Shown here one piece after another: positions 1 to 15,266 of a stretch of 64,000 nt of DNA. Origin of the DNA: Blastocystis sp. Blastoise (Eukaryota; Protista; Bigyra: Opalinata). The stretch is taken from positions 1,240,001 to 1,304,000 of the forward strand of contig JBBPEB010000005.1 of the NCBI GenBank assembly GCA_039096225.1, read 5' to 3'. Each line of letters starts with the position of its first letter. Within the stretch, counting starts at the first letter, position 1. Under the pieces are notes generated by a model, which made no database searches, was not told where the DNA came from, and worked only from the letters and a program-made list of their open reading frames with translations. Position numbers and translations under genes: made by a program.

Positions 1-592
1 ATATAATTCTTTAGATTTTCTTATTGTTTTATTGAAATTATATATATATTTTTATTTTTATGTATATATATGTTTTGAATGATGCTTGTTTGTTTGTCTA
101 TTTGTTGATAAATTATCAAATAAATAGGGTTTTTTAAATATGATGTACTATTGTTGTTTTAATGAATTATGTTGAATATTCGTATAGAGAAAGTGATGAG
201 AAAGTGATGGGAAAGTGATTCAATAGAATACTATTGAGAAACATATAGTGTCTTTCTAAACATCGTTTAAAATTGAACTATATAATTTGAAAAATATTGT
301 TTTATTACGGTTCAAATTAATATTAAACTTTTAGAATCATAAAATAATAACGTATTTCATGTCTAAAATAAAATCAATTGAAAATAAGCGATGTTTATTT
401 TGTGAAAATAGAGTATATGAATGCAATTGGCTTGCATGAATCAATAATGATTTTATTATATATTTTTATGTTATTCAAATAGAAGAATAATTGAAAAAAT
501 AATAATGAAAAGAAATATTTTAAAATTCTTAATAAAATTATATGGGAAAAACAACTATTCTTTATAAAACATTTTCTTTTCTTCTTTTCAAC

Positions 593-1912
593 ATGGAATA
601 CACGTATGCACCAAGTACTCCAACAGGAAATGATTCTGTGTATTCCTACACACCTATAGCTGATGAAGATATTGTATGATTTAGGAAATTATTTTTCTAT
701 TCTATTTTATTTATAGGAACAAGAACAATTGTCTATACCAAGATGCGATTTTGATGTTGTTGAACAAACCTATAAGGATCAGACTGGAAAATACTTAATT
801 GTCTACTTACATTACGATCAAAAAATTACTTTTGTTGGTGGAGGTTATGTTTCTGTAAAGAAAGGAATGTGTTCATGTTTAGGCTATAAAATGAAGGCTT
901 CAGATGATTATTATCCTGTGATATCTCCTGCATGGGAATCAGCTATAGAAATACATTCTGAAAAATATAATAATAAGAAAACAGTAGCAAGCGATGATAA
1001 TAATTCTATTAAAAATATTTATGTTCCTAATGCTGATTTATGGGAAGGTAATCTATATATATCATTATTATTATTATATATAATATATATATATAGTTGT
1101 TGTTGTTTTCAAATCTTCTTCTACAGAATCAAATGAAGGCTTAAATGTATATATATGTTATTTTTTATAACTATATTATTATTATTATTATTATTAATTA
1201 TATATATAGGATTATAGTATTCCTGGTTTATCGTTAATACCCAACACGGATTCTGATTATGGGAATATATTCATACCCAAGAATGTAGGTAAAATATGCC
1301 ATAGAAATAGTATACAAGAAGATTTATGGACTAATGTATATTATATATATATATATATATTGTTATTAGAAAAAATTATTTATATATCATAAATATTACA
1401 ATTATATAATATATTTTTATGTTCTTTTTATTTTTGTATTTTATTACTGAATTATTAATATGTATACAATAGTGTTTTGAGACACTATTTAAATCTCCTT
1501 TTTCTGTGGTTCCCTCCTTTTTAACGTGCGGTCCACGTGGAAGCGGGAAATCAACATTATCACGTGTTCTCGTCAATAAATTATTAAATACCTATAAACA
1601 AGTGGCGTATTTAGACATAGATTTAGGTCAAGTATATATATATATATATTACTCTTTATAGTTATATTATATATATATTATTTGTTTTATATATATATGT
1701 TACTCTTTATAGTTATATTATATATATGTTATTTTAAACTTTATATATATATTACTCTTTCTAGTTATATTATACATATGTATTATATATTATATATATA
1801 GCCAGAATTTACTATAGAAGGATATATATCTTTTTCTCTTCTTTCTACTCCTCTTCTTCAACCGTCTCTTTCGTTTACCCATACTCCTTATAAAAGTATA
1901 TATATATATATA

Positions 1913-1953
<41 letters not shown>

Positions 1954-3407
1954 TATACTTATACTTATTATTATTATTATTATATACACTAATATTATGT
2001 GAATACTATACTATTATAAACAACATAATATTGCTAATAACTATATATCTATATCTCCTTCTTATCCTCTATAGAAGTATATATATTGGGGATCATAACC
2101 CTGAAAATTGTCCTACTTTATATATGAAGGCAGTTTATACACTTTATCAAACCTATATACAATATTTCTCTGGTATATATATATATTATTATTATTATAA
2201 TTTAAAATAAATAACTATATATATATGAATATTCATATATTTCTAAGTATGCATTATATATTATAGATATTCCCGTGGTTATTAATACTTCAGGATGGGT
2301 CAAAGGAATGGGTTATGATATTCTTTTAGATATATACACACATTTTAATCCTATTTATACTCTATGTGTATATATATAAGAATAATTTTAAATATATATA
2401 TATATTATAGTAATAAATAATAATAGTTATTAATATATATATATAGATTCAGTCTCCTAATTCTTATGACGCGTATACGTTACCTGAACCGCCTAATGGA
2501 GCGATGCTATTAACAATTCCCGCGGTTAAAAACGGATTTATACAGACATCTGTTCAAAAACGTGATTATCGACTTTTCTCTTCTTTAGAATATAATAAAT
2601 TGAATAGTTTATTATCATCAGATCCAATATCTCTTTCTTCTTCTCTCTATAAATCTATATATATTATTCCTACATATTCAATTCAGTATACTTCTATTGC
2701 TCTCTACTGTGGACAAATATCCCCAGAATTATTTCATATTCCTATAAATGGATGTCTTGTCGGCCTATCTATATATACACAACCTTTTACTACTAATGTA
2801 TATATATATATATATATATATTATTTATATATATATATATATTATTTATATATATTATATTATTTATATATATTATATTATTTATATATATATTATATTC
2901 CCGTGATTATTTAGGATAAAACACCTTGTCTTCTCTCCTCAATACCTATTTGTGAATCAGTAGGATTTGGTATATATATATATATTAAAATATTTAAAGA
3001 TAATAGTATATATAAAAATATATATATATATATTAAAATATTAAAAGATATTACTATATATATATATATATAGGAATTGTTAGAGCTATTAATCTTCAAA
3101 ATAAATCATTATATATAATGACAACTGTATCTCCTGATCTACTTAAACAAGTAAATTTATTAATAAAAGGTTGTCGTACACTTCCATATGAATGTGTTTA
3201 TAAAGTATATATATATATATAATAATAATAATAATTCGATATATAATAATAATAATAATATTTCTATAAATATATATAATAATCATTCTATATAACTTTA
3301 TATAGGATTGCTTAAGATCTACACCATACTTCAGTTCCCGCGGGAATGGTGTTGGATCTGGACCAATTAAATCACGTAATAATTTAAAACGTTTTGAATA
3401 TAATTAA
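593..3407 (+). CDS. NOL9: Polynucleotide 5'-hydroxyl kinase, NOL9/Grc3 (Clp1 family), multi-exon
   Basis: Manual splicing gives Walker A GPRGSGKST (~1530-1556), AYLDIDLGQ|PEFT, PVVINTSGWVKGMGYDIL, CLVGL, C..GFG|IVR and a C-terminal SRNNLKR. GT-AG introns; TAA at 3405-3407. Confidence 0.88.
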
Positions 3408-4763
3408 AATTATAATAATATTATATATATTATTATGATATAATCAATATATTATTTGTTCTAGTCTATATTTATGTTTAAAAAGTTTTGTTTTGTATAT
3501 ATAGAAATATTTTCTGTAATAATTTATAGAATAACTTGTAAAACTGCAAATAAAATTAATAGATATATTTGCTCTCGTTATATTCTATAGTTAATAAAAA
3601 TAATTTATTTTTATTCATTATTCATAACTACTGGAAAATAAAGAAGAATATATATATATATTTAATAAACATATTTATTCTAATATATATTATGTTAATA
3701 ATCTCATTGTATATTATTCACATTAATAAAAACATATTTTATTCTTTTGTGTTTGCAAATACATTATTTCTATAGACAATAAAAATATATCCATTAACCA
3801 CTATAAATTTCTCTCAGAAAGAAATACTTTTTTATATCTATTATATATATGGTTTCTATTAAAAAAAAGTTTCATATTAATTATATAATCTTGATAATGC
3901 AATAGATTCTATTTCTATTATTTAGTTATAATAATATTACAAATACTTATTGAAATGATACCCAGATAAAAGATATATATATGGGAGAAAAAAAACTTTT
4001 TTAAAAATTTTTAAAAATAGAATCTCAAGCTTCAAAACGTTTTTATTATAATAATATATATTTCTATTTTATGAGGACCATAGGACAAGTGAGAATAAAC
4101 GAAGTTTGTTCCAATCAACTTTTTTCATACTCATATATTTATTTTATACTATTTTTATAGTATCTTAACATAAATACAATACTTTAAATTATAATACTCT
4201 ATATAAATAGGTTAAAAGAAAAAACAAAAAAGTTGTCCGTTTTATAAAAAATAAAACATTTTTTATTACTATATGGTTATTAATTTGATGAACGTGAAGA
4301 CAAATAAAGAAATAAAATCTTTACAACAATAAATAAGAAATATTTTTAAAACATAATATGAATATTCAAGAAAAATAAATTCGGGTAAGGTGGTTTAGTG
4401 AAGACGATAAATGGTGAGTTTAATAGAAAAATAACAAGAAAGTCAAAGAAAGTGTCAGTATTATACACTATCCCAACCATTTTTTAACTTTCTTACTAGT
4501 ATTTTTAGAAAATCCCAGTGGGAAATCCTTTGTTTTTTTTAAACAATGCATTTTTTGAAGACACATTTAAAATTTGAGATTTGGGGAATCATATAATTAT
4601 TGGTTAATTGTATTATCTCGAATTTGATTCGATAATCTCAAAAAAATAGGGGCTTTATAAGGCCAAATTACTCATAATTCTTTATTTGGGGTCATTGTCT
4701 ATTTTTGTTTTTTTGTTTTGACATATTTATTTTTTATAATTTACCAATAAATAATAAATAGAA

Positions 4764-7700
4764 ATGAATAGTTACTTGAAAATATTTATTTTTATAATAA
4801 GCGTCATCAGTATATCTGTCAGAATTAACTATTTCTTTTTCGATCATCGTTGTCTTATTTTTTTCTATATAGTTGCTGGAGCTTGTTCTACTGGCGATTA
4901 TGAAGTTATTATTGAACGTCAATACGCTGCTCACTCTGGAGAAAAGGTCATCATTTCATCTGCTGAATCATCTTTTTTAAGAAGTACGAATGTTTTTCAC
5001 GATGAATCTGTTGCTACTCAAGATTCTAAGGTTGAATATAAAGTTTGTTTAGATGGAAATTCTGATTATTCTCTCGAGTTATCTTCAAAGTAATTTTTAT
5101 TATTGTTTTATTCAATCTAGTTTTCTTATAGAGGTTCTATTGCTTGGGCTGAAGGTTCATTTGTTTCTTTGAGTTGCAATAAAGTTATTCTCGTTAATTC
5201 TCGTTTAAATACTGATGACAAGGGAATTAAAACTATAAAATTTAATTGTATATATATATTTTTTATATGTTATATCTAAATATTATTTATAGTATCTTCT
5301 CTTCTTGCTTCAGATACTAACTGGAAATATTCTACTTCTGTTGATACTGCTTCTTGGAAGGAAAGCAAGATAGAAGAATGGGGTGAAGACTATATAAAAA
5401 AAGAAATCAAGAATGCTGGAATCACTACTTATTTTAGAAAGGATATAATTGTTGATGGTGCTTTTTCTGCTTTACAATTAACTGTTAGAAGTCAAAGTGG
5501 ATTTTTAGTGTTTGTTAACGGAATTCAAGTGTATACTTATTTGTTACCAGAGTATGTTTTGTTTATTATTATTTATATATTTATAATAATATTTATAATA
5601 TTGTGCTTGATTTTTAAAGTATTATTATTATATATATATTGTTTTCGAATATATATATGAACAGTATTTTATAAATATAAATTAAATTTTATATATATAA
5701 ATTTTTATTTACTTTTATTTGTTTATTTAAATTATATATATATATATATATATATATAGATCTTCTGATATTGATCAAAATACCCCTTCTCAATCGGTTG
5801 AATCTTTACCCACTTATAAACAGTATATATAATATATAAATATTTTTTATAAATAGTGATATAAATATAAATATATATTACAACAATAATACTATATAAT
5901 TCTATTTCATTCTATAGAGTTTTAATTCCTAAAGAATTATTTGGATCTTCTACTTCTCTTTCCACATTACATATAGCTATTGAATTACATACAACAAAAT
6001 CTCATCCTGAGTTTCTTTCTTCTTTTGATGCTCTTACTTATATTACTCACTCCACTGGTATGTTTATTTTACTATTTTATATATAAATTATATACTATTG
6101 TATTTAGATATTCTTTCGTCTCTTGCTAACTATCCCTCTAAATCTGTATCTTCAACTGTAATGAAATCAAACAGAATAGAAACTTCTAAGGCACATATAA
6201 GAATCAATAGAATTACTAAACAAAATGCTTCTAACGAAAAAGTATTAATTAAATCTGAAAATGGTATACTACTTGGTACATTGACTCAAGGTGATAATAT
6301 AGATGAAACATACGATTATTATGGTGATCTTGGTATATGGTCATTTGAATTATCTTCAAATACTCATGGTCTTTTATGGTCCAAAGGTTCTCTAATGACA
6401 GTATCCGTTGTTGATGATAATAGTAATACTTCTGTTGTTATTACTAATATGCGAACTTCATTTAAATCAATTGAAACTTATTATGTTAATACTGATTATT
6501 CTTTATTAATGAAATCTACATGGAAATATAATACTTATAATTCTATACCTACAAAATGGTATGGATCTTCTATTGATGATTCTACTTGGAGTTCTATTGA
6601 TTCTACAACTATTATTACTCCTTCTCTATCAAATAAATACTATGTATTCCGTAAAACTATCGATACTCCTTCTATTGATAATCAAATTGGATTTATTCTT
6701 AATTATAAAACATTATCTAATTCTAAGATATATATAAATGAACATGAAATTGCTTCAATTGGATTTCTAGATGGTTATGAACAGTCAAAAGATATATCAA
6801 CTATTGTTGAACAAACTGCTACTGGTTCTATATCTGTATTTGATAATCAGTCTACTATAACTATATCCGTTATAATATTTGATAGTCAACATTCAATTAA
6901 TATATCTTTTGATGCTTCTCTTCTAATGATAGTTGATAAACATGATGATATATTGAGAAATAAGGATAAGTTTGAATATAATGACGAAATTAGTAAAAAT
7001 AGAAAGTTATTTGATGAACAAAGTAATCGAAAATTTGTTGATTCTTCAGCAATGTCCATTGTTTATTCTTATGATAATATAACCCCTCCTAAACATTGGA
7101 CTACTAATTTATTTAATGATAATGTATGGTCTACTGCTTCTTCTTCTTCTTCTCTTCCTGATGTTCCTAGTGATAGTATTACTCAATATTATAGAATCCA
7201 TTATACTACAGATAGTCTTTCATCATCCATTACATATCTTAATGTCACAGTATCTACCTATGCTGGTATGATTATATATATAAATGGAGTAGAAATAAGA
7301 AGAATAAATATGGATGATGGTGATAATATTCAATATAATACATTAGCTACTGCTGGATATACTGAATATAAATCAATAAGAACTTTAGTTAGCCTCGTTT
7401 ATAATAAAGAAATTACATCTAATCAAGAGAGTGTTATTGCTATTGAAATTCATAGATTTAATACAATTTATCAGCCAAATAACAATATGTTAGTTCGTGT
7501 CTATGGAATTTCTATTTATGGAGAAATGGATAGTATACAATCTAGTTTAACTGTTAATGGAGATGAAGATCCTTCATATCCTTTATCTAATGCTATTGAC
7601 CATGATTTTGATAATTATGCAGTTATTAATCGTAAATGTCAAGGAACAATATTTACTTATCAGTATATGAATGATTTAGCATCATATAATAATTTCTTTA

Positions 7701-10548
7701 CGATATCATATCCAGATGGTGTAAGTTCATCATTTATTCCTACATCATACATTCTTGAAGGATCTAACAATAATGGAGTTACTTGGACAGAAATCAAATC
7801 AGTATCAACCTCAAATAGTTATGGAGATTTGTTTTATTTAGATGATGCCAAGGGTTATAATATGTATCGTATTCGAATCATAAATTGTGGTTCTGACTCC
7901 AGTTTAGGTATAAATCAGAATTCAAAAGTTTCTGTACAAGAGTTATTCTTAACATATAACACAGATGCTTTCTGTTATATTGACGGATGGTCTGTATCAA
8001 ATAGAGAACAATACTTATATAAAGCATGTCCTAAAGGTCAGATAAGTGATGCTAAAGCAACTTGTAATTTTGATCAATTGGATACTATAGTAGGTGATGT
8101 AACATGTAGAAATAAAAATCCTTCAGAAATTTTCTTTAAAGAATCAAATATAGTAATTATTCAGAATCGTGCATATGAACAATTTTTTTCTGTAGATTCT
8201 CTCAATGCTAATATCAATATTTCTCCTTCTCTTCCTCAAGGTTTGACATTAGATACGGTATCTCAAAAGATATATGGTACACCTAGTAATATTTCTCCTG
8301 CTACTACTTATACTTTATCTTATACAGATGAAAATAGTAATACTAAAACATATGATATATCAATAACGGTTAAAAGACCATATTGTGATGTTGATGGAGA
8401 ATGGGAATCTCAACAATCTAATTCGAATGCATTTTTATCTTGTCCTACTGGATATAGTGGTAGTATTTCAAGATATTGTAACTCGGATTGTTTATGGGAA
8501 GAACCAAATATGGTTAATTGTATATTTAATGGTACTCCTTGTACTGGTACTGATTATTATAATGGTTCACAATGTGTAGAATGTGAAAATGGTATTACTA
8601 GTTCTCTTAATGGAAATAATTATATATGTACTCCTTGTGAAGAAGGTACATATGTATATAAGAATAAATGTTACTCATATCCTTATTGCCATCCTGATGG
8701 AGATTGGCCTCAAACGAATCCTGATACTATTGCTAAGAAGTCTTGTCCATTCTTATATAAAGGAGATATTACTAGATATTGTAATGATAATATGATATGG
8801 GAAGAAGAAGATAATAGTAATTGTGTAGAACTTCCTCCTTGTACTGGTACTACTTATCTTAGTGGTACTGAATGCATAGAATGTGATGGTATTGTTACAG
8901 TTGAAAATGGTAAGAATATAGCATGTACTCCTTGTCAAGAGGGTACATATGCGTATAAGAATAAATGTTATGATCATTTATATTGTGAAGCTGATGGAGA
9001 TTGGCCTCAAACGAATCCTGATACTATTGCTAAGAAGTCTTGTCCATTCTTATATAAAGGAGATATTACTAGATATTGTAATGATAATATGATATGGGAA
9101 GAAGAAAACAGTAATAGTTGCATAAAGCTTCCTCCTTGTACAGGTAACACTTATCTTAGTGGTACACAATGTGTAGAATGTTTAGGTGGTGAAATAATTA
9201 CTGAAAATGGTTATAATATTGCATGTACTCCTTGTAAAGATGATGAGCATATGTATAATGGTAAATGTTTATCAGATAATATTGTTTGTCCTACTAAGAG
9301 TAATGGATTTGTAACATTCCCAGAAACAAAAGTAGGTAGAAAAGCTGCTATAAAGTGTTCAAATGATGATCAATTTGGTTATTATTATGTTTTATGTGAT
9401 TATATATCTGGAGTACCTACTTGGTCAAATGAATTTAATAAAGAAAATTGCTGTATATAATTCTTTTATTTATAATAGAAAGTTTTTTTTATTTATAATA
9501 TAAAATTATTTATTTATTTAAATATAAAGTTTTTTATTTATTTATAATATATTATTAAAATTTATAATATATTTTTCTTTATTTATATAATAAGCTTATA
9601 TATGATATAATTGTTTGCTATTTATATATGATATAATTGTTTGCTATTTATATATTAAGTTTAATTATATATATTCTTTTCTATAGATCCTCGTCCTTCT
9701 ACTGAATCTGGAAAAGGATTACAACTTGTTGATTATACGTTTAATTTAAATACATGTCCTGGTGATATCACAGATTTATTGATTCCTTATGCAAGAACAT
9801 TTATACATACCTATCCTTATGAGTTAACAGATCTAAAAATGGCAACTAATTATGATGAAAATGTATATATTTCTATTTTATTATTTTTATATAATATAAT
9901 AATATTATTATTTAGACATGTAACGCTTTCCCTCTTCAAGTATATTATGGTACAAATACAGAGATATATGAGTCTGCTACTTATAAACAGAAATTATATA
10001 TTAAAAACTTAGCGTCTTCAACATCAAATATTCAAGAATCTTCTTCTACAGTTGATGATAAGAAATGCTATTTAAATGACCATGAAAGTGGCTGTCAACA
10101 TCTTGAAGAAGGTTATCAAATGATTCCTACTAATAGTTATCATTCTGATACATATTTCTGTAAACAACATCAATTAAAATATACTTCAATGCCTGTAAGA
10201 TCTTTTGAAACTTCGAATACTAATATATTCATACTTGGAATAACTATCGATAAAGTTGAAAATCATTGGATCGATCCTGAAAATATTGCTGCTGTTTATA
10301 AATCTATTATTGCTTCTATTGATCTTCCTCTAAAACAATTACAATTAATTGATACTACTTCAAATACATTAAGTAAATTACTTGGTTTCTCATTCTATAT
10401 TTCATTCCCTGAACAACTTGAAGTTGATCTTAAATATTTTAAATTACATTTAAATAATATAGTACTAAAACAAAAAATGGGAACTATTCTTGAATTTGAA
10501 CAATCTACTATTATTACACAGGTACTTAATTATGATGTAATCGAATAA
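4764..10548 (+). CDS. Large secreted/surface multidomain protein, paralog A (galactose-binding/CBM-like modules, F5/8-like, He_PIG-like Ig, 3 HRM-like + Cys-rich repeats)
   Basis: Spliced N-terminal signal peptide (MNSYLKIFIFIISVIIVAGAC). Modules WKY...W...YFRK...NG; LEGSNNNGVTWTEI; LPQGLTLD...IYGTP; C..DG.WP.T.....CP..Y.G...R.C....W. About 3.3 kb central exon; frame stays open across all GT-AG junctions to TAA at 10548. Confidence 0.8.
8694..9180 (+). repeat. 297-nt (99 aa) internal tandem duplication of the HRM + Cys-rich unit
   Basis: ctgatggagattggcctcaaacgaatcc...gaagaagaa is identical starting at 8694 and at 8991; DGDWPQTNPDTIAKKSCPFLYKGDITRYCNDNMIWEEE occurs twice. Confidence 0.95.
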
Positions 10549-11365
10549 ATATTATTGGCTTATATATTCTTTGCAACTTTTTATTTAACTATATCTTATT
10601 TTTTTTTATTTTTTTATTTTAAATTATATTCACTTTTCTTCCTTGATCTATACTATTATTTTATATCTTAATATATATATATATATTGAATGCTCTTAAT
10701 TATATGCTATATATTACTTATACATTTATATAAACTATTTTTTTTTAATTCTAAACACTGCTTTCTTTTAACGAAAGCATTTTTATATATTATAAAAATC
10801 TTTTTTTCAATATATTTCTCATTTTATATTTATAATGCTAATTATTAACTTTTGTATTATTATTTCTATTAATAATATTTGTTGGTATTATTTCTTAAAC
10901 CTGAATATATTATATTTTTCGGTTTACATATGTTTGCTATTAGCAAATTGTATTATTATTATCGTATGTTGCTATCATAATGCAATATATTATTATATTT
11001 TTCATTATTTATTATAATAACACATTTTATCTTTGCTTTTGTGTTAATTTATAATGTTTTTATTAATTTTTGATATATATATATAGATACTTTTTATACT
11101 CTAATTATTATTCAATACTTAATCATCCATATTATCATTTGCTTTGTTTTGTTGAATCAATTAGTATGAATTATTTTATTAGTTTTAAATTAAGACAATA
11201 TACAATTATCAGTTTCTATATTAAATCGACATGTTTTATTAACATTCTCACTGTCAAACACTAGAATATAATGGTATTAAAAAAATATATTAGACATATT
11301 TTTAAATAATTATATATATATTATTCAGCTAAAACTAATCTTATATTAATTATAATTTAATATAG

Positions 11366-11921
11366 ATTTTAATGATATACCACATGCTAGTTTTTATGAA
11401 GTATATATTATAAGAAGCTTTCCTCTATTAAAATCTATTGAGCTTTGTATATATAATAAGAATAAAAAAATAACTAAATTATAAATCATAAAGGCTTTTA
11501 CTAAACTTTACAATTATAAAAATTTTATTCAATAGTACATATATTTATAGGTAAAACAATGAATAAATATGAAATAGAAACATTATTTGATTGTATAAAG
11601 GAGAATAAAACTCAAAATCTAACATATCTAATAATATGTATTCATATATAAATTATTTTGAATAATATTTCTTTGTTATAGATGTTTATGATGAGGAACA
11701 ATTATCGAAACTAATTAATTTTATTACTACTGGAAAGATTCCAAAATTGGAAGAGTGTATTATGAATATCAGTATGCATATAATCATTTATATCTTATAT
11801 TATTATATTATATAGATAAAGACATTTCAGATGAACAAATTATAATATATAAACAACAATTGAGTGATTCTTCATTTATTCAAGAAAATCATGTTAATAT
11901 GAATTTGATACATTTTATTAA
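11366..11921 (+). pseudogene. 3' remnant (4 exons) of the BTB + LRR-like family gene
   Basis: Exons FNDIPHASFYEVY..FPLLKSI, MNKYEIETLFDCIKENKTQN, YDEEQLSKLINFITTGKIPKL and ISDEQIIIYKQQLSDSSFIQENHV match the last exons of 23300-27156. No 5' part found; 1-nt deletion before the stop. Confidence 0.8.
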
Positions 11922-14440
11922 TTCTCTTGTACTTGTCATTTTTATACCTTATATTATTATATTTTTTATCATGATTAACTTTTTAGTATTTTTATAAAGT
12001 ATATATACATATTAAGTATATCATTTTTTTTGTTTTATTTCAAAATAAGAAAATACTAGTGATTCAAAAAAATATATTTTTGAGTAACATATATAAATAA
12101 TGTATATTATAGTATTTAGTGTATATCATGAATTTAATGTTGTATTCACTATGTATAAACTATATAAATATTTCTACAGAATTGTCATTATTACAATGAT
12201 ATCTTCAAGTATATTAACAATGTTTTTAACATTAGTTTTATAGAATAGATTATTGTCAATGACTTTCTTGATAGACAATTTAATTAATATAATAAGATTA
12301 AAAATAATTTGTTAATTATTTTGCTTTATTACTATTTTTGTAAAACGTTTTTTATATTTAATAAAATATTTTTTCAACATGTGTTCTAAAGAACTTAAAA
12401 ACATATTATTTACTGAAACATATTTTTCATTTTCAGTATATATAATAGTTTATAATGAAGTATTAATATAAATATAATTAAATAAAAATACTAATGAATG
12501 TAAGCATAATATTACAATTCTATTTTGACAAGAAATATATTTTATTAAAAAATACAATGAGAATAAAAAATATTTCTTGATTTTACTCTTATTAAAATAT
12601 ATATATATATTAAATAATTTTTAAATATAAAAAATTATTTGAGAATTACGGATAATTATAGGTAAAATAAAATTATATTTAGTTATATGTATCTATTGAT
12701 ATATAAGCAACATTTATAAACTATATACATTCATATTACCAATAATATATTATTGAATAAAATATCAAAAAATAGTTGTTATTCATCATATATATAGATA
12801 ATATAGTATATACTATAATTATGAGCATGATTTTGAGATATTAATAAATTATTGTATAAAATAATATAAAATAGAAATGGAAGAGTAAGAAAAGGAGACT
12901 GAAAAAAAGGAGAGATAATTGTATCAATAGACTATGCAAGAGATACTCTTAGAGGAATAGAAACATATTTCATAAATATGATATAAAAATAAATAATAAT
13001 CTATTAAATTCAGTCCGAAATCAGGAATGATAACAAAGAAAATATAGTTATTCATTTCTAGATAATAATAGTTAGTATATATAAATATGTGTATATCAAA
13101 TAAATAAAAATAAAAATGCATATACTTAAAATAAGAGATTTATTAATCAAAATGAAAAATAATCAAGAGATATATACTAATTCAGCATACCACTCTGTCT
13201 TCAGCATCTTCTACATTTCTAACTAATACTCAATTATTTATTTGAAGTAATCAATGAGGTAAAGATCCATAATGAATTACCTATTTTTGGAATATTATTG
13301 AGATATTTTTGTGGATTATATTGAATATTAATTATTTAATATAATAATAATTATTATATATGAATAATAATAGAGTAATAAAGCAATAAAAAAATATTTG
13401 AAAAAACAAAATAAACAGGGGAAATAATAATTTTTATTTAATTAGCATTATTTCATTAATGGTGAAAGAAAAGGTGTTATTTGATATTGATAAATTCAAT
13501 AGATTGAATGAGGATATTAATGTATATGAAGAATTGATGAAAGATTTAGTTAGTGTATTTGGGTCAGTAATGAATCTTGGTATACATTCTGGAATATCGA
13601 TTAATAGACTTATAAAACATATTGGAGATGATTGCATTGAAAAAGAAGGTGAAAGAAATGAATTTGAAAAGAATTGTGTTTATGAAAGTAAGAATAATGA
13701 AGATGTGAATATGGATATAAATAATGATGATGGTATTGATAATGATTTGATACGATTTACCAATAATGGTCCTGTATTTCAAATACCGAAATCTGTTTTA
13801 GATACCTTAAGAGGTTCTTTTATTGATGATCAACGTGATGAAGAAAAAAGAACGAATGATGGATCTGCATTTCTTGATTATAGAGGTAATGATGCTTTTG
13901 TATATTATTTATTAGATTATTTGAATGGAAAGAAAGTAGATTTTGATTCTTTTTGTTATGAAGAACAATTAAAAATATTGAATTTATTTGAATTTTGTGG
14001 CTTAGTGGTTCCTTTAGAATTAATGTATTCTAAAGAAAGAAGAGATCGAAAGAAGAAGAAATATGAAGAAGGAGACGAAATAGAATTGATTATTAATGGC
14101 AATAAGAATGATATTATTAAAGAATATTTAGTAAAGAATGGATTATGGAATACTTATGTTAAGAATTATGATAATGGATTTATTAATTATAATCCTATAG
14201 ATGATAGTTTATATGTGAATAAACATTATGAATATATTGAATATATACTTAGTATATAAATTTAAAAAAATAAGATTATTGATATTAATAAAGAAATATA
14301 AGAGAAAGAAATGATTGAATTATTTGGTAATCAAGGAAGAGAAGAAAAGCAAAGAAACAATGCTATTCAGATTATTCAAGCAATCAAATGTTATTAATAG
14401 AAAACTTAATAAATTCTTAATAAAATGGTTAGGTATAGAA
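11550..14440 (+). repeat. Segmental duplication, copy 1 (homologous to ~26790-29715), including intergenic DNA
   Basis: Colinear matches, e.g. aagatccataatgaattacctatttttgga (13262) vs aagatccacaatgagttacctatttttgga (28504), and identical attagcattatttcattaatggtgaaagaaaaggtg at both start codons. Confidence 0.9.
13459..14440 (+). pseudogene. BTB/POZ-BTB-(TLDc) family gene, truncated copy 1
   Basis: KCTD-like BTB (FQIPKSVL...FLDY...YLLDYLNG...LFEFCGL). Frameshift/deletion near 14255; similarity ends after ...LIKWLG, at the start of TLDc. Confidence 0.72.
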
Positions 14441-15266
14441 TTTTTTTTATGTAACTATATTACAAAAGATCATTCTTGTAATTATAAGTATTTTTTATTT
14501 ATAGAATCTTGTATTATATTGTTTATAAATATATATAACGAAATACACAAAAGAAAAAACAAAAAAAAAAAATGTTAGCCTATTAATTAATTATATCGTC
14601 ATAAAAGTTATCGCTTTGAATCTATCAGATCTGTATTAAATTTTTCAACACATAAATAATTCTTCACTACACTGATTTGTCAGCGTAAACTAAAATTCAA
14701 ACAAATTTAGCCACATTAAGTTTATTGATTCTATATTTGATATGCCCAACGTACTACAATCATGCTGCAGCCAAAAGAGGAAAACAATTTCATGAGTCTT
14801 TCATTTTCTTTACGCAAACAACTCAGTGAAATATAGGTTCTCTTATCTAATCTATTAAGTGAGTCTTAGTTTATCATCTATATACAATATTGAAAGGTAA
14901 ATACCTAACTCAAATTATAAAAAACCATAAAAAGAGAAACTATTTTTGTTTTTATACTTTTTTTTTAAAACCATGATTATAAAAACTATTTTATATTATA
15001 AATAACAATTTTCCCATGAACATTTTATTAAAAAAATGTTTAGTTTATTTAACAAATCTCATATGATAATTAAATGAATAGTAATCGAATGATTATTTCA
15101 TAAATAAAATGGATTCACTTTATTTTCCCTTCAATATCTCTCTTATAGGGATATATATAAGTTTTTGTCCTTATTTTCCTGTTCGTTTTTATACAGGGAG
15201 AAAAAAAGCTTTATTGTAAGAACATTTTTATTTTTTCTTCTATTTTATTTAGACTCTAAATAAAGA

